From: Hydrolagus affinis
Lineage: Eukaryota
Length of the DNA: 64,000 nt
Reading direction: 5' to 3'
Assembly (NCBI GenBank): GCA_012026655.1
Contig: JAAILG010000109.1
Span: 62,001-126,000, forward strand
In this document: one piece after another, positions 54,104-64,000 of the stretch
Layout of the letters: the number at the start of each line of letters is the position of its first letter
Numbering within the stretch: the first letter of the stretch is position 1
Translations under genes and position numbers: made by a program
Notes under the pieces: model-generated
What the model saw: only the letters and a program-made list of their open reading frames with translations
Told to the model about the DNA's origin: nothing
The model's database searches: none

Positions 54104-57100
54104 TTGCATTTAGATCTAGCATATTCTTTATTAGTTCTGGTGCTGCTATTTTTATTTGATTGAACTTAATGGAATCTGTACATTTCACAATGTCTAAATC
54201 TTTCAGTGTGTTTAAAGGCATTGTACAATAAGTTTTATCTTGCTTTTTTAAAAAACAATGTAAATGACCATTACAATACCCATTGTGTAAATGAATTTCT
54301 TCTCTTGTTCTCTGAGACTTATTTCATTTTTTTTAACTAATTTGTATTTGTATTCATTGACATCTGTCCTAATGTCTATGAGTATGCGGAAAAAAATCAA
54401 TATATCCAATACTGTGTTTAGATTCAAAGTGCAAGTTCTTGGCAATGATCCTGCAACTTACAAGGAATTTGAGAAATACTGTACAGTATATGAATTACAT
54501 AATTTACACTACCATTTTCTTACTTAGGCACAAAATTCAATAATGCATGTGAGACTTCAATGAGCTTAGTATAGACCTCATTACAATATTGTATTATTAA
54601 ATTGCTTCCATTAGTGAAATGGCTTAAGTTTACAACGCATTTGTTTCTCAGATCACACTAGTATATTCTTGAGGCAATGTTCAGTAAATTAGTTAGTGCA
54701 CTTGTGAAAATAAGTATTTATCCATGTATTGTGAAGTGTAGTACATTTGAAACTCTGTAGGACATATTGAGTTCAAGGATTCCATTCCAATGTTTGTGTA
54801 TTCTATTCCAATGGGTGGAAGGCATGGGCTGAAAAGCCTTTTCTTGCCCCATACTCTTCCAATGAGTTTCAGATCCCAGAGTGTTGTCCACCTCAAGCTG
54901 CATTTTTAAACTGCCTTTGTGGTTTCAAATCAACAAATTGTAGAATCTTATGTCATACAGCAACTTCATTACTTCACATTATAATGTACTGTAAAGCAGC
55001 TTGTCTTTTTCAGTGAGACAGCTCTAGAGTATCAATAGGCTACTTGTATCACTGACCCATCATATCATGTGATGTGATAAGCCTGATGGTAACACCTGAC
55101 TTAACCACCTTCTTGTAAGATTTTGTGTGCAGTCAAACCAAACTTTTTTTCTGATCAGCCAGGTGTCTGACCCATGCAGCAGCAACTCATCTTCATGATT
55201 AAGAGTATCCAAATCAAACTGAGATTTCCATGCATCCACCTACACATAGAAATCCAAGAGACAGATTGTTGGAATGGAGTGTACACTCTCTACCTGTCAG
55301 AACTCATCCTGTATATCTAATTCCAGAAAGCATTAAGCTTTCAGTTGGCAATAGCCAAGTCACCTGCAAATTCTCAACGGATCATTGAATGGTTAATTGT
55401 GAATATAATGAATCATTCATTAAGAAAGAGGCTGCTGATAAGTAATTTACAGCAAAGTAACTATCCATTAAACTTAAATTTCAATTTACAAATCTAACCC
55501 TTTGAAAAAAAATGTACATTTTGTCCATCAGCTCCAGAACGTGTTGAAATATTAAAACATTAACATTTACATAAAATGTTTAAATGAATGTCACAAATCC
55601 CATTTGATTCATGTTATTCTTTTTCCATTGAAATCTGAATACTATTTCAGAATTGTTGAATTTAAAAACAGAATACCAGATAAAGTAATGTAATTTCAAG
55701 TTTGAAATAATGCAACTATGATACTGAACCACAAGTTGTTTACTTCTGAACTCTATGATTGCATTAATACATTCAATTTATTCACTAGTGTCTATTAATA
55801 TTTATTGTGTCTACTAGTTCTATTTTATACAGTTATTTTAGTTTGTTGCTGTGCCGATTGTGTAGACACTATTAGTCTGTACTGCGATAGTTGATGGGTG
55901 ATGGTACTGCATTCAAACAAAAAATACAAGAATATTAGTTCAAGCACTTTGATGAATAACATACAAATAATTATTGGGAAAGGGTTCAATTTACACAATA
56001 ATTATTTTTTAACTATTTAAGAGTTCATGGAAAAAATACAGCACCAAATTCTTTTGTTTCCTAATTTTAGATTCCCCCAACCCCATTCTCCGCTTCGCAT
56101 TGCAAATCCAACTGCAGAGCTTCATACAAAATGTGGTGCATGCAAAATTATCTGCCTTAAATTTCTGCATATATGTTGACGTTCAGAGCATTGCAAGCAT
56201 TATTTGTCAAATATTTTTACAGTGCAAATGTTTCTTGTGCTCTTAAAATATCAAAGATTTAAAAATTACTCACCATATTTCTAACATGACATAATACCAA
56301 TCACTTTTCCTTTACCAACAACAACAAAAATACTGTTACTAGCTGTGGCTTTCTCCCTAATCTGGATATTCACTGGCCTGAAAGACAAAATAATCTGAAC
56401 CAGAGATTTCACCAGATCAGTTTGGAAAATTAAACCCTTTGTTCTAATGGATCTCATCCATTGCTTTCTGCTTTGACAGTATGGTGATGCATTTCAACCA
56501 TAGCTAAGACATAAAAGGTTAACTTTCTCCCCCGCCACAGTGTATAATTCTTGCTCACTCCGTAAAATCTAATAAATGTTTCAAGATAAACACACACAGT
56601 CACAAGCCTTGATAACATGCAGTTCAAAATCACGATCTTCAAATTGAGAGTCAAGCTCACATCAAGCTGAGAGCCAAGATGCAATTTAAGAGGATCTTTT
56701 TGTTTCCTGGATTTTTTTTTAAAAAAAATTGCATATCTATATTTCTTTTTCAAACAAAAGAAAACTGTATATACGTGGTGCACAAGCTCCTCATATTGAA
56801 ACCAGAAAGCAAGAGTACTGATATACAGCCAAAAAGCACTGTTGTGCAAAACCTTTAACTGCATCCTCTTGGATTTGTAAAAATCACTTGTGTAGGCAAA
56901 TTGCTTTAGAGATAACATTGATTTCCTTTCAAAGTCCAGCTTTCCTATGGTCAAATTAAGCACCTATTTACAGAAAACAAAGTGCCTTCAAATCAGCTGT
57001 TTTTTATTTAATTGGAATTCCCTCTGCAAGAAAATAGCTTAGCACTGAGTTACTTTACTTCTCATTCCCCCTCCAAAAAATATTTATATCACAGGTAATC

Positions 57101-57941
57101 CTTTTTTCAAGCTCCAGTTGATTCATATGATTATCAAGTACGTTCCTTCTCATAGACTGCCATTGTCTCTATCTGCATTCCTTTGCTTCATGTTGCTGCA
57201 GACTTTGTAACACAGACAATTTGCTACCCTTTCTGTTTCAGAGACTTTGGTGACGGCTAAATGTCAGATATCTATAACTCTAGTTGAATTAGAAGATAGA
57301 AGGGGTGGAATGTTTAATTCAATTAAGGAGTGGAGATAAAACAAATTTAATCCTCAAATTGTGTGGATAACTTTTCTGAATAGGAATAACATTGTGCATT
57401 TTACAACACTGCTACTGCTTTTTTTTACAATACTGCATATATGCACTCAGGCATATTTTGTGACAGATGGTCATAAAGAAACATTAGAATTGTTGTGGAT
57501 ACTCACAGGGAATTGTTCTGCCAGGTTTCATCTCTGGAATGGCTTCAAAGCCAGGAGATACTCACTCAATGAGAGCACTTGGCAAAAACTCTGAATTGAT
57601 GATGAAAGCACCTTTGTCCAATGTCCTTCAATAACAACTAATTGGTCAATTACACTTCCATTCTGCACACCATCTATCTGTCAGGATATGGACTACTAAA
57701 AGGGATGGTTACCCACTGCAGGATTATTTTTAATCCAGAGCAGGTTGAAATGTTTCCATGATGCAAAAACTTCTATATTTTCTCCTTGTGTTACATACTG
57801 CATCTATCTCTGTTTTGCATGCTTCTATTGATATCGTTATTGGAATATTCATTTCATAACATTTGGAAACAGGGGTCTGTTCAACAGTTTCTTAGATGCT
57901 GCTGTTACTTTATCAATTCTCTTATTAGTGCCACTATTACC

Positions 57942-58242
57942 AGAGTCCTGTAGCTCAGTGGTAGGAAGCATGAGACCTGTGTTCGATTCCAGGCAGGTCA
58001 GAGCGAAACCTTGGGCAAGTTTCCTTACTCCACAAGCCTAATAATAATCCTTAAAAAAACAACAATAATAAATTGGTCATTTCAATCCATGACTGTTTGT
58101 GAGATACTGCTATATGCAATTGGCTGCCGCATTTCCCCCACAAATATACAGTCAATTCACTTTACAGTATATTCTGTGAAGCGCTTTGAGATGTCTAGAA
58201 GCCGTGAAAAGTGTTATGTCAAATGCAAGGATTATTCATTAT
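57942..58242 (+). mobile_element. Near-full-length tRNA-derived SINE (short form)
   Basis: A box TAGCTCAGTGG and B box GTTCGATTCC; anticodon arm partly deleted; body and tail as at 28853 and 44306. Confidence 0.92.
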
Positions 58243-59068
58243 TAAATATCCTCTTGAGTATCAAATTCATAGATAATAATCAAACAAATTAAGATTATGA
58301 TCAAGCTTTAATCAACATTCTTATCTTCAGTACTGGGTGAGACCAAATTTGAATTCAATTCAATACGCTTTAATTTTTTCTATAAACTGCACACTGATCA
58401 AATTTACATTCCCTCCCTGGACTCCGCCAAGGAATCCCTATTGTGCTTTTCAGTGCAAGTCACACTATTAAACCTAACACTATTAATTTTCAGGAAGCAA
58501 TGTCAAACTGTTGACAACAAGATGCAAGGCTATCTCCAGTTGATTGGCAATTAACTGAATTTTGTACAAAATATTTGGACAGGGAAATGAACATGGAAAA
58601 GGGGCAATCAATTCAAACATAGATAAGAAACACACACATAACTTGAACCCTTGGCTGGTTAGCAGAGGAGAATCATTCCTTGCTTTTCTTTAACCCTTTA
58701 TTACAAAAAAAGACATTATGGATAAAGCACAAAAGGAAACAGGTATTCTACATGTTTATACCAATGCATGAAGTAAGACTATCCCATGCAAATGTAGCTT
58801 TTTCTTTTAATGTGCATAAAAAGTGATCTTTGAGGCCAGAATTTCATTTTTCTGCTCCATTCCACATCATTGGAAATCCCCCACATTCAAGCACACACCA
58901 GCTAGAGCACAAAAGATACAGTTAAAGCAGAACTTCAAATAATTATGCAGTGACGGGTTTGGTCTAGAAATAGAAGATAAAATCAATTGAAGATAAACAC
59001 CTAAACTTGGAATACAGCTGTTGAACATTCACAAATAATGTTCATGTTGCTTCTTTGATGTTCCCTGT

Positions 59069-59210
59069 TCAATCAATCAATCAATCAATCAAAACTTACA
59101 TTTATATAGCATCTTTCACGTCAAGAGGACATCCCAAAGCACTGTAGAGTTAGGTAAGGACAAGAGCAGGTGGGGAGGGGTTGGGGCAAGATGAAGAAGA
59201 GTAGGAGTAA
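59069..59210 (-). mobile_element. L2 3' end with (TTGA)n tail (second tail type)
   Basis: (TCAA)n followed by aacttacatttatatagcatctttcacgtcaagaggacatcccaaagcact and a purine-rich body. Confidence 0.8.
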
Positions 59211-62200
59211 GAGTGTTCACGGCATTGTTGTTCTGTAATATCCAATACAAAATAAGTCAATTTTCCCTTGCACATTCAGAAAAATTCATAACTATTTTAA
59301 AACTGTGCACACATAAGAGATTTAATCTATGAACTCTTTAAACTAGAATTTCAAATTATAGCCATGACTAACATTCAGAACATCCTCCCAAGGGCATGTT
59401 TGCCAATTAACCTAGTTTTCTGAAGGGAAGAATACATTAAACTATATGGTATAAGATCCCTACTGTCTTGCTCAAGTGTGTCTTCTAATGAATTGATCAA
59501 CGCATGATATAGGTTGTGTTCACGGGGTGACAACTTGCATCTTTCAGGGCACAATCCTGAGGAGTAAGGAGTAAGGAGCTCGTTGGCTGTTTCTTGGAGA
59601 GAAAAAACAAAATAGGAACATTTAGAAAGAAATATTAGGCCATATGGTGAGTGGTGGTGCATGGAAGCAAAGAAAGTGATGATTGATTAAGTACAGTGGA
59701 AGGCAAAAGCTTAGGCATAGAATTACTTATCTGTGCATAACAGTTTTTACAAGAGGCAGCTGCAAGCAATTTTGTTGCCCACCTGACATTCCTAAAGAGA
59801 ATAATCTAATTGTCAAAACAATTATTTCTGACTGGCACTATTGTATTGCCTGCCATGTTTTCTTTAATCTGAAGATAAAGTAATTTATATCCAAACTGTT
59901 TTTCATGGATGGAGAGATTTCTGCTTTCCTTTTCTGAAATACTTTCATATTAAACAATAATGTCATAGGACTCTATTTTAACAATAGGATTTATGGTTAT
60001 ATTAATTTCTAGCAACTCTCCATACAGAGAAGGCAAATAAATATTCTTTGCCGTTTACAAAAGTTGTTTGGACTCTGAGTCTAAATCAAGAATACTTTGC
60101 TGATTAAAGTTCAATAGAACATTTTCATTTTTTTTGGTGAAAGCTATTACCAGGTTGAAGAAGCAATGTTACATTCCTCTATTCTGTTCCAATATTTTTC
60201 TTAACCCAAAAGTAAACTCTGAGATTACATCAGTGTGACCTTCCTATTTATCATGTCACCCTTATTCATTCAAGTGAACTGATTGTCAATTAATGGCAAA
60301 GTATAGTCAATTGTGTGCTTCGATTCCTCCTGTCTACTTTTTTTACTTGTGTTGTTTACTTTTCAATCTTCATAGTGTTTTTTTCTATGGAATTGGCTCT
60401 TCACTTAATTTTCTAAATTAAAATCAGTATAACCAATGTTTTCTTCATAGCCATTCTTTATTTCCAAGTCTACTCAACAAGCACCAGTAGGCTATACTGT
60501 TCTCACCACAACAGTTTCAATCAGGTGAGCCAACAGAGAATTGCAAGACAACTGAGACGCTCCAGCAAACCAAGTCTTTGATGCGCTATATTGATTGATT
60601 GTACTAACCAGGGAGGGAAGAGAAAATTGTGTCTGTGACTCTTATTATAAATATACAAATACCCAGGTTCTTAACACAACTCAAGTCTGTGTACATTTTT
60701 ATCTAATTGGTTTTAACTTACATTGGTCTCTCTCCCATAACACCCTCCACCCCGCGCCCACACACCTAAAAAGGTGACTGCACTAAAAAGCAAAGAAAAT
60801 AGATTTGTTGAAACAACAGGAATCTGCTTCACTGTTGTACAGTGCAACAAATATTCCTCAGGTTGGAAGGTTGCCAGATGTTTTCTACTTTGGCTGCAAC
60901 GTGAAACCAGCCTAATAATCATTCCTCTTCTGACTTCAGCACTACCATGGAGACTTCAGTAAGTTTCCTTTGCAAGAGACACAGTGGTGATGATGGTTTC
61001 TTCAGAACAGTGTAAATCATCTCATAGGAGAATTGCTTCCAATGCTTTACATTTAATTACTTTCCAAATACTTAATGTTCGGTTCACACACTAAAAAGAA
61101 ATCAGCAATACTTCAGACTGCTTCATTAAACTAAATGTTTAAGCTCTCTTAACAGCCTTTCCAGCACAATCCCTCATAGGAGGAAACGACTTTCAAAACG
61201 TCATCTGAATATTTATTGGAAACCATATTTCTTAAAACATGAATTTTAAAATCCTACGACTGTTTGGAAATCCAGAGCAAAGGATTATTAGTTAATTGAT
61301 GGGTGGGTGGGGGTGGTGGGTGCGGGGGGTGGGGGGATTGAATTCTTCTAATCAATTAATTATGGTAAGTCTATTATGGCTATAATAATGGAATCTTACT
61401 CACATTTTATATCACTCTCCAGTTTCCATCATATTTCAATCTGGGCATGACTACAATATTATTTTAAAAAATCATTCCTATGTGTAAGTTATGGGCAAAG
61501 ACCCAAGTTATGATTCAACAATAGCAATTACTTATTGCTTGTCAACCTCACACTCAGTAATAGACCTCAACCACATCCTCCACAGTTACGGCTAAAATAA
61601 GTACAGTGTTGAGAAGTACTAAAATGTAAATAAAACAAGTCTGAAGTACGTTTGCTGTGACCTGTACAATTATCTTTTCCTTGCTCACTGGACTTGAAAT
61701 GGGCTGAAATATTATTATCTCAAGTTAAGGTTAATTCCGGCTGAAAAACAAAGGTTATAGTTAATTCCCAATCAACCGTATTATTAAAGCTACAGTGAGG
61801 ATTAGGTATTGAGCGAAAGAGATTTCTTTTGTGTACTCTGTTAGATCGCTGTGAGCTATTCTGCATTGGTTTAGAACTTAAAAACTAAACAACTGTTGCC
61901 TTTCAGATGACTGAGCTTCAATTTAACAAAAGTGTCGATTTTTAGACTTAGTTTCGAGATATTAGATGACTTTCTGTGAGTTGATACATTACTAAAGTTA
62001 CAGATATACTTGGGGGATAGGTTAATCAATAAATACTATTTTCCTTATTCTATGATAGTTTACATTTGACTTGTGATGGATTTACACTATGTCCAATGAC
62101 ACAGCTTCAATAGACTCCTTATGAAAACTCCATCTTTTGATAGCTATTTAAGTATAATAGAACATAGCTAAGTACTGTACCTGAATACAGTTTGGCTGGT

Positions 62201-64000
62201 GTGCTCATTTAAAAGAATTGTGAATTAAGTTTTTTTTAAGATGACAAGCACCTGTTCCTATTGACAAAATCCAGTCTCAGATGTCAAACCACAGCTGAAA
62301 TAACTGGTTGATTGCAAATAGTCAAGGTAATATACCTTTGTAATATTTTATTCTGCACCACCTCACTTCATATGAACAAAAAGGATTCAAACATGTTTTA
62401 CTACAGCTAGAACTATTACTTAATGTGTCATTGGTGCACTCAGAACATTTGCATCAGTTAGTTTAGGATATTCCCAAGAAAGTCTACAAAATGTTGAGCA
62501 ACTGACCTTGTTCAGTAAATCTTCTGTGGCAGATGCAATTCTTCTGGTTTCTTGATAGATTGGTTAAAGATTCTTTCAGAGATTGTGACCAAAAGGTTTA
62601 GTATCTTCCACTATAGTTTGCAATTAAAATATCAACTGGTAAATGTTCCTTTCTTTCTAAATTAGTAAGAGTACTACCTTCCAAGAGTCAATTTCTGAAA
62701 AATAGCAGACATTCCACAACATTCACTGATTCAGATTATTTTACGATTTAAAGAGCTTTTTGTTAATGAAAGCTCTGGAACTATAGACTTAGTTGTTTAA
62801 CTTTTCTTATTGAGCAATTGGAATTTAGTTAATTAATCCAACAGAAATACGTATGGTTTTGCTACATCTTGCTGAATAGCTGAAAGTCTTATAACTATAT
62901 TACTGTACTAAATATGTACACAACAGGGGCAGCCATAAGGCATAACACTGGACTCATCAGCGAGGTGAGAGAGTTCAAATTGTAGACTCAATTTACATAG
63001 ATATGACTCCAGTTGGCTGAATTAGGATTCCAAACTCAATTTTTCAGATCACTGAATCAGAAATACTGATTTTTCTTCTGCCAGTTTTCTAAAATGCAGG
63101 TTCAGGAATTTTTACATGCAACAACTGTACTTAAATTCACATACTTTGCTTATCTGAAGAACCCAGACAGTGGCTTGAAAAAGTCTGTATTGACACCAAA
63201 TGCCCAAACGCAAGTTGACCGTTCCAGTGAAACAGTCTAAGCTGTTTAAAGGATGGATGTGGGGGAGCAAACAGAGGCTAATGGATTGAGGGTCAAATCC
63301 TGCGATGATCAAATATACCTCCGTCTGAACTGGGAAAAGCTTATAAGAATTGAACCAAGTACTTAACTAACTTACCAACATAGATGATCCTGAAAATTGC
63401 CTGCAGTTATGCACCACTGAAATTCTACAACTCAATAGTGTTTCAAAGGTTTTAGCTTTACAGAGCTCACAGAACTCTGATGACTTATACTGAGCTGCAG
63501 GATGATTCACATGGTTTTTTTGTGCCTTGCTCTACAGTGATAGAAAGACCCTCTAAGTGTAAAAATATGCAATACAAGTTTCAGGCTTTTGATATGCTAA
63601 GAACAGCTATATTGCACCAATTTGACTCATTTGATGAAATCAAGTAGGAATGTACAACAGCAGAAATGAAAATATCTGTTCCATATTTTCAATATGAAAA
63701 CAAGGCTTTTGTTTTTCTGTGAGAAAAATATGACTCACATCCTGGAAAGAGGTTTTACCATGATACTGAAAAAAAAGTGTTTACAAATTGTCTGATTATC
63801 ATCACTCATATTTAACTCAGAGCCACTTATTTCTGCAATACAAATCTATTTTATTGATCCCTTCTCATTGATTTAAATTCACTAGTTTAAAAGTAAAAAA
63901 TATTTTTCCTAGAACTTTTTGCTGGAACTTGCCTCACTCACCTTTCATGGCTAACAAACCAGAATCTCTGTAAAACTGAGATGATTCTTGTTCCAAACAG

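Noticed and set aside
56454-56963. 169-aa minus-strand ORF
   Set aside because: No recognisable domain, AT-driven K/F/L composition and no exon context; likely a chance ORF.

Overview
AT-rich vertebrate genomic DNA, not prokaryotic. The L2/CR1/DeuSINE repeat content and compact introns suggest a cartilaginous fish, possibly a chimaera such as Callorhinchus; this is inference. The only protein-coding gene I can support is a complete + strand olfactomedin-3 (noelin-3/optimedin, OLFM3). It has two alternative signal-peptide first exons (1A 34799-34867; 1B 48532-48675) and five shared coding exons (49685-49828, 50383-50538, 51991-52210, 52451-52557, 52989-53666). These predict 457-aa and 482-aa isoforms ending in an ER-retrieval-like EDEL. 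The ~34 kb upstream and ~10 kb downstream contain no gene I can recognise. They carry decayed transposons: L2 and CR1/Crack-like LINE fragments, a tRNA-Ala-headed SINE family with an L2-type tail, older DeuSINEs, a Tigger/pogo-type MITE, a Gypsy remnant and microsatellites. Nearly all other ORFs in the track are noise or TE debris. I found no convincing wholly new biological system. The best leads are OLFM1-like traits in this OLFM3 (EDEL, exon 1B), a possible truncated 'Y-like' isoform, a uORF array, and SINE/LINE structural and insertion-site patterns. Exon coordinates are exact; most repeat boundaries are approximate.
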